Positions 1 through 10,229 of a stretch of 64,000 nucleotides of DNA are shown here, one piece after another. The stretch lies in the NCBI GenBank assembly GCA_963841435.1, contig CAWJCS010000005.1:1472001-1536000 (forward strand). Reading direction: 5' to 3'. This DNA is from an uncultured delta proteobacterium. GTDB taxonomy: Bacteria > Myxococcota_A > Polyangia > Polyangiales > Polyangiaceae. Position 1 is the stretch's first letter. Every line of letters starts with the position of its first letter. The position numbers and the translations under genes are program-made. The notes beneath the pieces were generated by a model, which made no database searches, had not been told where the DNA came from, and saw only the letters and a list, made by a program, of their open reading frames with translations.

Positions 1-82
1 ACCGTCATGGATGGAGATGGCGCCGGGCTTTTCTGATCGGGGCGCTCGTTTTCTGCGCGCACCGGGGCCTCGTGGCCAGGTC

Positions 83-1114
83 CTAGAATGTGACACCGAG
101 GCCCAAGCTCGCCACGCCGTCGAAGTGTTGGAATTCAAAGACGTTCTCCTGGGTCTCGTCAACGCGGTAGACGAAGCGGGGCGCGCTCGGGAAGAAGCGC
201 GCGCGCAGGCTCGCCGCAAGCACCAGCCTGCGGCTCACGCGCATCGTGCCCTCGAGGCCCGCCTCGGCGCCGAGCATGGTCGCCGACTGGCCGGTGCCGC
301 CACGAATCGCCTCGGTGGACGCGTAGGTTAGCGCAAGCAATGCGGCCCCACAGAAACGCAACGTGATCGTCGGATCCAGCGCGGAGCCCTGGCACAGCCC
401 GAGCCCCGCGAACGCGAAGCCGAGATCGGCCGCGGCAGGCGGTGCGACCGTAGCGGCCACCGGCAGAAACGCGCCGAGCTCCGCCCTCGCAAAGAGACGA
501 CCTCCGAGCCGACGCGACAAAGCGAGCTCCGCGCCCGGACCGGGCTTCGGCAGCGTCACGGCCTGGCCGAGTAGCGACACGGCGAGCTCCCAGTCGTCCG
601 TGTGCGGGAGGGGCGACGCCTCGAGTGTGGCTCGAGACTTGGCCTCTGGTCGAGCGAGCGCAGCATCGCCGTCGACCATCAAGGCGACGGCGAGCACGAG
701 CGGCCCGTTGAGCGCGGCGCAGCTCCTGCCCTCGACGACCAGCTCGCGTTCGCCGAGCATCGTATCGGAGCCGCCGCGGAAGAGCTCGATGAGCGCGCGG
801 TACCTCGACCCCTGTGGAGGCTCGGCATGGATAGCGACGACGAAGTCGGTCGCACCCGCCAAAAAGATGGGGCGACCAAGGTACTCTTCGACGGCTCGCG
901 CCAGGGCATCGGCGCCGAGGCAACCACTCGTCGCCCCCGGCCCGCCCCATCGCAGGCCGACGCTCGCGCGGGAAGGATCGCCCGGCGCCACCGCCGGCCC
1001 TTGCGCGACGGCGGGCGAGCTCGCGAGCGCGGTACCGAGCGCGAGCACGCCAGTCATAAAGGAGCTGCCCAGCGGACGGTGCCTTTGCGCGGCGGGGGAG
1101 CTCCAATCGGGCAT
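83..1114 (-). CDS. Exported hypothetical protein, paralogue of 14003-14998 (ECF-module-associated type)
   Basis: Signal peptide-like N-terminus; shares 'C..A..L...VE..LGR', 'RE L.G.SC' and a beta-strand-rich C-terminus ending in an aromatic residue with 14003-14998. Confidence 0.7.
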   Translation of the reverse strand: MPDWSSPAAQRHRPLGSSFMTGVLALGTALASSPAVAQGPAVAPGDPSRASVGLRWGGPGATSGCLGADALARAVEEYLGRPIFLAGATDFVVAIHAEPPQGSRYRALIELFRGGSDTMLGERELVVEGRSCAALNGPLVLAVALMVDGDAALARPEAKSRATLEASPLPHTDDWELAVSLLGQAVTLPKPGPGAELALSRRLGGRLFARAELGAFLPVAATVAPPAAADLGFAFAGLGLCQGSALDPTITLRFCGAALLALTYASTEAIRGGTGQSATMLGAEAGLEGTMRVSRRLVLAASLRARFFPSAPRFVYRVDETQENVFEFQHFDGVASLGLGVTF

Positions 1115-1170
1115 GGCTTCCCCTCGGAAGGCTTACTGCCTCCTTCCGAGCAAGACAACCCGAGACTACC

Positions 1171-1893
1171 CTAGTGCCACAGGCAGTAGCCGATGGGCGC
1201 TCCTTCGTAGACGTAGCAATACATACCGCCAGGGCAGCTCGCTTCGAGGTCCCCGTCCTTGCAGACGAGCAAGCAGTATTTTTTGCTCACGAAGTCGACG
1301 CAGCCGGCGCTCGCCTCGCCCGAGGCTGCCACGACCGAACAGTCGCTCGCGCTTTCGCATTCGTTCGAGCAGCCATAGCCGAACACCTCCTGATCCACGC
1401 GGATACCGAGGCACAAAAGCGACTCCGGATCGCCACAGGAGAGCGTGTCGCCGTGACATTCGATCTCGTAAGGCGATGCCGCCCCACCGCCGCCGGCCGC
1501 TCTCCCCGCACCCTCTGTTTGGCCAGCAAAAGCGCCAGCGCCCGACGTTCCGCCCACTGCTTCGACGCCGCTGCCGCCGCCCGTCCCGGCTCCACCTCGA
1601 CCGGCGCCGCTCGAGCCGCCGCTTGCGCTCGAGCCGCCGCTTGCGCTCGAGCCGCCGCTTGCGCTCGAGCCGCCGCTTGTGCTCGAGCCGCCGCTTCCCG
1701 CAAAAGAACCCGCGCCCGCCGAAACGCCGCCGGAGCCTTGCGTCGTGGTCGCTCCGCTCGCTCCACCGGCAAAAGCGCCAGCCGGCGCGCCCGCGCTCGA
1801 ATTGCCTCCATCGTCACCGCACGCGGGAAGACAAGCGACCACGACGAAGAACGCGACCGTGAAGGTACGTCCGGATGCTCCACGTGAGCCCAT
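1171..1893 (-). CDS. Gly/Ser-linker lipoprotein with Cys-rich C-terminal domain
   Basis: Lipobox LPAC after a hydrophobic stretch; SSASGG repeats; Cys-rich C-terminus; start reassigned to ATG 1893 (1905 is an alternative). Confidence 0.7.
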   Translation of the reverse strand: MGSRGASGRTFTVAFFVVVACLPACGDDGGNSSAGAPAGAFAGGASGATTTQGSGGVSAGAGSFAGSGGSSTSGGSSASGGSSASGGSSASGGSSGAGRGGAGTGGGSGVEAVGGTSGAGAFAGQTEGAGRAAGGGGAASPYEIECHGDTLSCGDPESLLCLGIRVDQEVFGYGCSNECESASDCSVVAASGEASAGCVDFVSKKYCLLVCKDGDLEASCPGGMYCYVYEGAPIGYCLWH

Positions 1894-2016
1894 GGCGAGC
1901 CTCATGGGAGCAGCTCTGGGATTTTCTGACGCCAACGCGCTCACGTCGTTTTTTTCGGTGCCGATCAGAAAGCCCGCGGCGCGCCCCCATTTCGCGAGAA
2001 CCGAGACACGGGAGCC

Positions 2017-3216
2017 ATGGCACGCACCTACCCCATCGAGACGAGACTCTGGCTCCTTGGCCTCCTTTTCGCGGCCCCGCTCGGCGCGTGCTCGTCCGAC
2101 AACGAGGCGAGCGACCACGGCCTCGGAGGCGCCCGCGCCGGTGCTGGCGGCACGATCACCGGCCCCGTCGTGGATCCAAACGCGAGCGGCGGCGCCGGTG
2201 GCTCGCAGAGCGCGGGCTCCGGCGCGACCGCCGGCACCGGTGACCAGTGCGGCACGTCGGTCCTGAACGGCTGCGTCGGCACGTTCTTCGAAGGCGAAAG
2301 CCTGCCGCTCGACATCTACGTCATGTTCGACCAATCGGGCTCGATGCTGAACAACGTGGGTGGCGTCACCCGCCTCGCCGCGGTGCAGCAGGCGACGAGC
2401 GAGTTCTTGCGCGATCCCGAAAGCGCGGGCATCGGCGTCGGCATCGGCTACTTCGGCTACCAGCCCATCGGCGAAACCTCGTGCGAGGAGGCGTCTTACA
2501 CGGCCCCCGACGTGCCGGTTTCCCTGGATCACGAGCCGGTGATCGCGTCGCTCGACGCGCGCGAGCCGACGGGGGAGACCCCCACCACGGCGGCGCTCCG
2601 CGGCGCCTGCGCCTACGCGTCATCGTGGAAGCAAGAGCACCCGGAGCGCGGCGTCGTCATTCTGCTCGTCACCGACGGGAAGCCCGAGGCGCCCGTGTCG
2701 TGCCAGAACGGCGGCGCCTGCTGCCCCACCATCGACGACGCCGAGGCGGCTGCGCGCGCGTGTCACGACGACGAGCCCAACGTTCCGACCTACGTGCTCG
2801 GCGTCGGTCCCGAGCTCGAGCTTTTGAATCGGATTGCCGTGGCCGGCGGCACCAAGCGTGCTTACCTCGTCGGCAACGAGGACGTTGCGGCGAACGTTCT
2901 CGCAGCGCTCGCGACGATTCGCGGTGACGCTGCGATTCCGTGCAGCCTCGACATCCCCGCTGCGCCCGAAGGCGAGAGCCTCGACTACGGCGCGGTCAAC
3001 CTGTTCGCAGGTTTCTCGGGCGTCAACTGCCTCTCGCCAATCTACCACGTGGAGCAGGTGTCGGAATGCAGCCCGGACGGCGGCTGGTACTACGACGACA
3101 TCGGCTCGCCGAAGACGGTGGAGCTTTGCCCCTCGAGCTGTGACGCGGTGTCACGCCCGGGGAGCCGACTGCGCTTCTCGGTCGGCTGCGCGACGCTGGG
3201 TCCACCAGTGCACTGA
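2017..3216 (+). CDS. vWA-domain lipoprotein
   Basis: Lipobox LGAC; MIDAS DQSGSM, TPT and VTDG motifs; Cys-rich C-terminus. Confidence 0.85.
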   Translation: MARTYPIETRLWLLGLLFAAPLGACSSDNEASDHGLGGARAGAGGTITGPVVDPNASGGAGGSQSAGSGATAGTGDQCGTSVLNGCVGTFFEGESLPLDIYVMFDQSGSMLNNVGGVTRLAAVQQATSEFLRDPESAGIGVGIGYFGYQPIGETSCEEASYTAPDVPVSLDHEPVIASLDAREPTGETPTTAALRGACAYASSWKQEHPERGVVILLVTDGKPEAPVSCQNGGACCPTIDDAEAAARACHDDEPNVPTYVLGVGPELELLNRIAVAGGTKRAYLVGNEDVAANVLAALATIRGDAAIPCSLDIPAAPEGESLDYGAVNLFAGFSGVNCLSPIYHVEQVSECSPDGGWYYDDIGSPKTVELCPSSCDAVSRPGSRLRFSVGCATLGPPVH

Positions 3217-3270
3217 GGACGATCGCGTTCGAGGGCCGAGCATCGAACGCGCGACAGACGGAGGAAATTC

Positions 3271-4558
3271 ATGAGCATGCGTCATTTCGGTCTCATCCCC
3301 TTCACTCTCGGACTCGGCTTCGCCGCCGCGGGCTGCGGCTCGAGTGGAGACGGCGCAGCCGGATCGGGCGGCGCAGCCGGATCAGGCGGGGCGACCGATT
3401 CGGGCGGGGCAACCGGGTCCGCGGGCACGATGGGCTCCGGCGCGACGAGCGGCTCAGGCGCCTCGAGCGGCAGCGCCGGAAGCGCGACCGGAACGAGCGG
3501 ACCGCCGCTGTTTCCAGGGAGCGGCAGCGCGGGCATCCCGCTCGCGCCTGGCTGCGGGCCCGCGACGGCGAGTGAATGCGGCGGAGCCTGCGAGCGCGCC
3601 GCGGGTGGCGGGACGACCACCATCGTGAGGCCCCCTGCAGCGCTCTGCTTCGCGGGCGCAGAGGATCCCACGCCCGACAATCCGACTGCCGTCATCGAGC
3701 AGGTCATCGAGGTGGTCAACGGCGTGTCGATGGTTCATCTGCGCGTCACCTTCGACCCCTCGTTCGCCGACAACAGCTACGGCGCGGGCGCGTGCTGCGG
3801 GTGGGTGCCTGCGGATGCTCCGGCAACGGACCCCATGGCCATGGGTGGCATGATGAAGCCGCCGAAGGGAAAAGGCGGACACACCTTCGGCGATCTCGTG
3901 GGCAGCGACCACCTCGAGCTCCTCTTGACAGATGGGAGCGGAGCCACGGTGATGGACTTCAAGATCGACTACGTGTCGGTCAACCCGGATGCGCCTTGCG
4001 GCTACGGGTCGCTCGGCGTGCTCGGCGGTGAGGGCAAGGTGATCATGGGCGATGCCTCGGCCGTGCTCGCCGTGGCGACGAGCATCGACCGCAATCTCAA
4101 CGGCTGCGGCTACTGCTACACGGAAGATTCCCCCATCACCGACGACTCGTACACGCCGAACGCCGACGCGCCGAACTGGGATTATCGCGTCGTGTACGAG
4201 GTGTGGATCGCGCTCGACGCGTTCGGGGGCGCGGGCTTCGGTCAGGCGTACATCGAGAACGTTCACGCCTCCCCGTCGAAGCTTGCTTCCAACACCGTCG
4301 AACGTCTCGGCCTCACCTTGCCCGCCCGGCTGGGACACGCCGTTCTGCCCGCCGGAGCTCGTGCAAACGAACGGCAGCTGCGGCGGTGAGACTGGCGAAT
4401 GCCCGCCGAACCACGAGCTTTACGTGTTAACGGAAGGCCAGCACATCTGCGCCCCGATCCCCTTCGCGAACTACCCCGGCATGACGGCCTGCCCCGAAGG
4501 CTACGCGCTCGATCCCGCGACGGAAGGGCGCTACTGCCTGCCGGTCTCACCAGGGTAG
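3271..4558 (+). CDS. Lipoprotein, hypothetical; one apparent frameshift near 4301
   Basis: RBS GGAGG and lipobox AAGC. Protein-like sequence continues in the 4052-4558 frame (VSASPCPPGWDTPFCPP...) after GTCGAACGTC. Confidence 0.7.
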
Positions 4559-4576
4559 GGCCGGCACGTCGAGACC

Positions 4577-4919
4577 GTGCCACCTCGTGCTGCGGAGGAG
4601 GAGGGATTCGACCCGTCCGAACTGATCCGCTCGGGCTCGACCAGCTTCGCCGCTTCGCCCTACCATGCGCCACACGTAAGGGCCGCGACGCCGCAGGCGG
4701 CGCGAACCCGCGCTACCCCGTGGAGGCTACGTGCCACCTCGTGCTGCGGAGGAGGAGGGATTCGACCCGTCCGAACTGATCCGCTCGGGCTCGACCAGCT
4801 TCGCCGCTTCGCCCGACCACGCGCCACACGTCAGGGCCGCGACGCCGCAGGCGGCGCGAACCCGCGCTACCCCGTGGAGGCTTCGTGTCACCTTGTGCTG
4901 CGGAGGAGGAGGGATTCGA
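4577..4919. repeat. 154-bp tandem tRNA-linked repeat: two full copies plus the tRNA 3' end
   Basis: Units start at 4577, 4731 and 4885; each contains GTGCTGCGGAGGAGGAGGGATTCGA, which includes the tRNA 3' end. Confidence 0.95.
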
Positions 4920-4987
4920 ACCCACGGTAGCCTTTCGACTACGCCGGTTTTCAAAACCGGTGCCTTAGACCGCTCGGCCACTCCTCC
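4901..4987 (-). tRNA. tRNA-Ser(UGA), CCA not encoded
   Basis: Acceptor stem GGAGGAG/CTCCTCC plus G discriminator; anticodon arm CCGGT-TTTGAAA-ACCGG; long variable arm; TTCGAAT T-loop. Confidence 0.95.
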
Positions 4988-5008
4988 AAGTATTTGGAGA
5001 CGCGCGGA

Positions 5009-5037
5009 AACTTGGTGGATTGGGGGGCGAGCGTCAA
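5009..5037 (-). promoter_or_regulatory. Putative sigma70-type promoter of tRNA-Ser
   Basis: TTGACG at 5037-5032, 17-nt spacer, weak -10 CAAGTT; TTGACG recurs at identical spacing at 17756-17751. Confidence 0.55.
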
Positions 5038-5199
5038 GGCGAGCGCTCGGGCCTCTGGCTGCCCACCGCTCGTCGGGTGGCCGCCGGCACACTCTCGGCT
5101 GCGGACCGCGGAGAATCGGCACGCAAGCGCACGGCACGCTTCCGGCAGTCGACGCGCCGTGGACGCCGTCTCGCCACGTCGCGGGGCAAGACCCTACAC

Positions 5200-5460
5200 C
5201 CAGCGTCAACCCGCTCGTCGGCGCGCACCTCGAATCCTTCCTCGCATCGGCGCGCGAGGAGCACGAGCGGGGCCTGCCACGCTACGTGGAAGCCGAGCTC
5301 CGCGCGTACCTTCGCTGCGGCATTCACGCCTAGGGCTTCCTGCGCGCACGGTGCCGAGAGTGCGCGCGCGAGCTTCTCGTCGCCTTCTCGTGCAAGCGTC
5401 GAGGGGTCTGTCCGTCCTGCAACGCGCGGCGGATGTGCGGGACCGCCGCGCACCTCCGCG
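5200..5460 (+). pseudogene. IS91/ISCR-family transposase, N-terminal zinc-binding fragment
   Basis: GLPRYVEAELRAYLRCGIHA*GFLRARCREC..LLVAFSCKRRGVCPSC..RRM; internal TAG at 5331. Confidence 0.85.
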
Positions 5461-5951
5461 TCGTCGCTTGGCTTCAACGTCGGGCGACGCGTCGAAGATG
5501 CTGGTTGGCTCGTTGGTGGGGAGGAAGCAGGTGACGCTGCCCTCCACGCCCGGCACTCGCCTCGCTGCCGCTGGCCCCCAGCCGCGGCAACGATCCTATC
5601 CAGTTGTCGAGACCAAGGCTGTTGTTCCGCTTGGGAGCCCACTCTCGGGTCTCTCGGCGTTGCCCGCGGACCCAGTGGGAAGGACTTCGTCACATCCCTT
5701 GGCCGTCCATTCGGCGGCAGAGCCTTCGGCAGACGTATGGGATGAGCCTTCGTGGGTATACGTTCGTAGAAATTAGGCCTTACAGCAGCGCTGGGGCCTA
5801 CAACGACTTCGGTCTTGCCATCACCCGTCGAGACTTGAGCGAGGCCAGCTGCACTAACACGACGCTCCCCTGGGTCAAATTCCATGGAACCGGTATGCAG
5901 CAATACGCACTAACCTGGGGCAACGCCAGCTGAATAGGACTGGAGGCATTC

Positions 5952-6586
5952 ATGACCATGAAACTGGGAATAGGCTTTTGGATCGCGTTCGTGGCTTCGA
6001 GCACCGTAGTGCCGGTTGCGCTGGCAGACACTGAACTAAACCTCGAGATCGCCGACGAGCTGACCCACAACACGACGACGGGCGCGAACACGCTTACGAG
6101 TGGCGGATGCGGAGTATCAGCTTTGCCTTCGATGTCGAGAGTCGGGATGGGGTTTGGTCCGATGGGCGCCCCTATGTAGAGATTAAGGGCACAGATGCTT
6201 CACCGTATGGCCATTGTCTTCAGTTGGTTTTTGAGTCGCCCAACAATAGCGGGAGCTTGGAAATTCGGGCCAAAGACCACGGAACCAGCAAGCAGATTTA
6301 CGCCTTCGCCCTGAACAACGGCGCACATGCCATCCGGTTGTGGGTCAATAAGAACGCCGGTGGAAGCGGAACAAGCTTGCCCTGGACGCTCTACGCGCTG
6401 CCGGTCACACTTGGGGATTCCGGCACGGTAGCCCAGCTGGATATTCGAAGAATCGAGCTTGGCAAGGCGGCTTGCGCGACCAACCCGGGTGGCGATCCGT
6501 GGGTAGGTGATGGCACCATTCGTTGGCCGTGGGTCACGATCGAGGGCTACTCGAGCGCATATACCGTCACCACGGGTCACTTCTGA
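5952..6586 (+). pseudogene. Lower-GC secreted hypothetical protein, apparently frameshifted near 6090
   Basis: RBS GGAGG and signal peptide in ORF 5952-6179; protein-like continuation in ORF 6107-6586. Confidence 0.5.
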
Positions 6587-6779
6587 GGCGAGCTAAGGCA
6601 ATAGCGTCGGCATGACCACTGGAGGTCTGCAGCAAGCGCGCTCGCCCCCAGGGCCCGGTTCCGTGGCAGCGAGGAGAATCCCTCTTCTCCATCCTGGACG
6701 AAGATGTTGCCCAGGCGATCCTCGATAGTGTCGATCTACCGAGCCGCCCGCCCCCGGTTGCTAGAGCACGCTCGCCGGA

Positions 6780-6961
6780 CCTTCGCGACGAGTGAGTTCC
6801 TTACCGCAGGACTCGTCAACTACTTGCATGTCGTAGTGGTCCGAATCCTGCTCGGCCGGGGCATGCGTCTTTGGGACGGGCTCGAGGGCCTCGAGAAAGA
6901 GTACAGGGTCGAAGCCACCTCCTCACCGAGCGGAGTCACGCACGTGACGTTCACGCGTTGA
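6780..6961 (+). pseudogene. C-terminal fragment of a dihydrofolate reductase/RibD-C family protein
   Basis: EFLTAGLVNYLHVVVVRILLGRGMRLWDGLEGLEKEY..SPSGVTHVTFTR resembles the family C-terminus; N-terminus absent. Confidence 0.65.
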
Positions 6962-7751
6962 GATGCGCGCTCGGCGCGAGCGTCGGGCCGGCACCATGCG
7001 CTGGCGGGAGGCTCGCGCAACCCTCGCAAGTCCGGATTCCCGAATCCGGACGAGGCTAGCGGGGAAGCATCTGGGCTGACACGTGGGTCAGCGGCCTCTT
7101 GCCGCACGCAGTCTTGATGATGACTGACGGTTCCGTCTTCTCGGATCCCTGACACTCACCGCCGCTTGGTGGTGGCGAGAATCAGACGCGGTCGAGGACC
7201 GCCACGTTCTCGTAGGCAAGTGATGCGGCCGAGATGAGGACGCGGTGGCGCTGGCAGCGAACGCAGCCGTCGCGGTCGGCCTGGTGCGTTGCTCTGCCGC
7301 CTCGCGCAGGCTTCGAGTGCACGCGGATAGCGACGCGGAGAGGCTCCCCAACAGCTCCTCAAGTAAGAACTTCGAGGCCTGCGTCATCCGCAAGACCCCG
7401 CGGAAGCACGGGAAAATGAAGAGGGCCTCGCCGGTCATCCCGATGAGGCCCTCTGTTTTGCCTGGCGCCCAAGTGGTTCGCCTTGCGTAAAGTTGGCTCA
7501 AAAACCGTCTGCCTTAGGGCATTCGGCGAGCACGCTCAAGCATCTGTAATTGCTTGGTTTCGGTTGTTAATTGGCCGGTCACAATGCCTGCGGCAGGGCC
7601 TCCGCGCCGAACAGCCCCGGTGTCACTAGTAACGCAAACTTGACTAATACTGGCGTCTAGTAAAGGATTCGTTCCTAGAGCACCACCTTGGTAACGCAGG
7701 CTTTCCCAGCCAGCGGACCCGGTCAAGGGAGCGTTCCCAGCGGAGCCGACG

Positions 7752-8951
7752 ATGCCGAAGCGAGCCACCGGACGATACGAGAGGACCACCGTGGGTGGGG
7801 AGGAGGTCGCGGCCTTCGTCCCGCACGCGCTGCCGCCTGCGGATCCGCCCGTCGTCGTCGACGCCGCCTTGGCCGAGCGCCTCCGTGCAGCCGAGCAAGC
7901 CCTCGTGCGCCTCGAGCTGGCCGGGGAGATGGTCCCGTCGCTCGACTGGTTCATCTACGCGTTCGTCCGCAAGGAGGCCGTGCTCTCGTCGCAGATCGAG
8001 GGGACACAGGCGACCCTCGTCGACCTGCTCACGTTCGAGGCCCAGGGCGGCGCAGAGCAGAGCGCCGCGCCCAACGCCGACGTCGAGGAGGTGTGCAACT
8101 ACCTCGACGCGCTCGCCCACGCGCGTGCGCAGCTCACCGACGCGAAGGGCCTGCCCCTCTCGATGCGCCTCCTGAACGAGACCCACGCCCGACTCATGCG
8201 GGGTGTGCGTGGCGCAGAAAAGCTGCCCGGAGAAGTGCGCCGCAGTCAGAATTGGATCGGCGGAAGCCGGCCTGGCAACGCAGCGTACGTGCCGCCACCT
8301 CCGCACGCGCTCGGCGAGGTGCTCGGGGCTTTCGAGAAGTACCTTCACGCTGACGACTCGCTGCCGTCGCTCGTGCGCGCGGGGCTCCTGCACGTGCAGT
8401 TCGAGACCATCCACCCGTATCTCGACGGCAACGGCCGCATCGGACGCCTGCTCGTGACGCTGCTGCTGGAGCACTGGAAGCTGCTCACCAAGCCACTCCT
8501 CTACCTGAGCCTCTTCTTCAAGCGGCATCGCGAGGACTACTACCGTCGGCTCAACGCCGTGCGGGTCGAGGGCGACTGGGAGGGGTGGCTTGACTTCTTC
8601 CTCGACGGCGTCGCGACGATCGCCGACGAAGCGGTCGCCTCAGCGCGGGAGTTGTTCGCGCTCCTGGCCGCGGATCGCACGCGTGTGCTCGCACACGAGG
8701 GGATGTCGGTCCTTGCGCTGCGGCTCTTCGAGCTCTTGCCGCGCCACCCCGTCGCGACCGTCGCATCGGTGATGAAGCTCGTGGAGACGACCAAGCCCAC
8801 GGCGGGGCGGGCGATCGACCTGCTCGTGGCCGCAGGCGTTCTCGTCGAGACGACCGGCAAGAAGCGCGGCCGCTCCTTCGTGTACCGGAGCTACCTCAAT
8901 CGACTCCGCGTCGGTACCGAGCTCGGTGGCGCACAGGTCCCCGGTCGCTGA
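7752..8951 (+). CDS. Fic family protein (class II) with C-terminal HTH
   Basis: Catalytic motif HPYLDGNGRIGR; N-terminal inhibitory motif SSQIEG. Confidence 0.92.
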   Translation: MPKRATGRYERTTVGGEEVAAFVPHALPPADPPVVVDAALAERLRAAEQALVRLELAGEMVPSLDWFIYAFVRKEAVLSSQIEGTQATLVDLLTFEAQGGAEQSAAPNADVEEVCNYLDALAHARAQLTDAKGLPLSMRLLNETHARLMRGVRGAEKLPGEVRRSQNWIGGSRPGNAAYVPPPPHALGEVLGAFEKYLHADDSLPSLVRAGLLHVQFETIHPYLDGNGRIGRLLVTLLLEHWKLLTKPLLYLSLFFKRHREDYYRRLNAVRVEGDWEGWLDFFLDGVATIADEAVASARELFALLAADRTRVLAHEGMSVLALRLFELLPRHPVATVASVMKLVETTKPTAGRAIDLLVAAGVLVETTGKKRGRSFVYRSYLNRLRVGTELGGAQVPGR

Positions 8952-9053
8952 AGAAATCGTCGCCGGCCATGTCCCCCTTTCGCACGCCGGGCCGCTTTTC
9001 ACCCCCATGAGCCCGCTCGGCCTCGTGTCCCTTCCGCGCGCCGCGATATCTTC

Positions 9054-10229
9054 GTGGCCTTGGACGCCGACCCCGACCTTCCCGACATTCGCGACGACGA
9101 CCCGCGCTGCGTGCGCTGCGCTGTGTACACGCGCCAGTCGGTCAAGCGCGCGGGCGACGACCCCGCCGTCCTGCGCGCTCCAGCGGACGCTCTGCACGGA
9201 GTCATCCGCAGCAAGACCTGGGAGTTCTGGTACCCGATCGCCGAGCGCTTCGACGATCAGGGCGAGAGCGGCGCGACGCTCGTGCGCCCCGGCCTCGCCA
9301 AGCTGCTCCGGCGCATCGAGGACGGCGACATCCATCGGGTCATCGTCTACCGCGTGGATCGTCTCACTCGGAAGCTCGCGGATCTCGCACGCCTCGCCGC
9401 GCACCTCGAGCGCCACCGCATCGGCCTCACGATTGTGTCCGGCAATATCGACGCCGACGCTGGGTCGCTCGCGGGGCTGCAGGTGAACATGCTCGCCACC
9501 TTCGCCGAGTGGGAGCGCGAGATCATCTGCAAGCGGATCGCCGACATGGGCGGCACCATCAAGGCGCGCGGCGAGCGGTCCGCCGGGCGCGTCCCCCTCG
9601 GCTACCGGACGGACCCCGCCAAGCAGCTCGTCATCGACGAAGAGGCCACCGTGGCGGTGCGGTGTTGTTCAGCGAGGCCGCGAAGGGCACGACGACGAAC
9701 GACCTCGTGAAGAAGGCCAACAAGAGGAAGCTGACCGGCAAGGCGTGGTCAGCACGTACGGTGCCTCGCCTGCGGACCAACCAGACCTTACGCGGGCCAT
9801 CGCCCCGATGGAGCGCCAGGCCGTCACGTTGGGCTCGTCTCCGCGGAGCTGTTCTCGAAGGTGCAGCCGCTCATCGATGGACGCCGCACGCGCGCGCCCA
9901 AAAAGCCAAGCGAGCGCAACGCGGACGAGCGGCAGGTGATCGCGCTGTTCGACCCGTTCGTGCTGCGCGGGCTCATCATGTGCGGCACCTGCGGGAAGAC
10001 GATGTCACCCTCGATGAGCGAGGCGACCACGCCGAAGCTCGTGCGTGAATACCCACTGCCGCAGCAGCACCGGCGGCAGCACGTGCTCGGTCAGATTCAG
10101 GGCGGTGCTGATCTCGATGAGCGCTTCGCTCGGCTCGGTGAGAAGGCGAACTACGAGGCCACGCTTCGGGAACGAATTCCGAAGTTCCATGACCGCCTCA
10201 CTATCAGGGTGGACTTCCCTAGCAAGTGA
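9054..10229 (+). pseudogene. Large serine recombinase, frameshifted and degraded
   Basis: Resolvase motifs YTRQS, VYRVDRLTR, FAEWERE and PLGY; recombinase domain and Zn ribbon (LRGLIMCGTCG) lie in other frames. Confidence 0.85.

Noticed and set aside
1607-1695. 18-bp tandem repeat as a regulatory element
   Set aside because: It simply encodes the SSASGG linker of a lipoprotein
4577-4919. CRISPR array
   Set aside because: The sequences between the conserved motifs are near-identical rather than unique spacers, the motif is a tRNA 3' end, and no cas genes are present
4577-5333. ORFs 4577-4930 and 4731-5333 as genes
   Set aside because: They run through the repeats and antisense tRNA; only the tail overlaps the IS91 remnant
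7088-7501. 137-aa minus-strand ORF
   Set aside because: No recognisable motif or RBS; may be decayed island sequence
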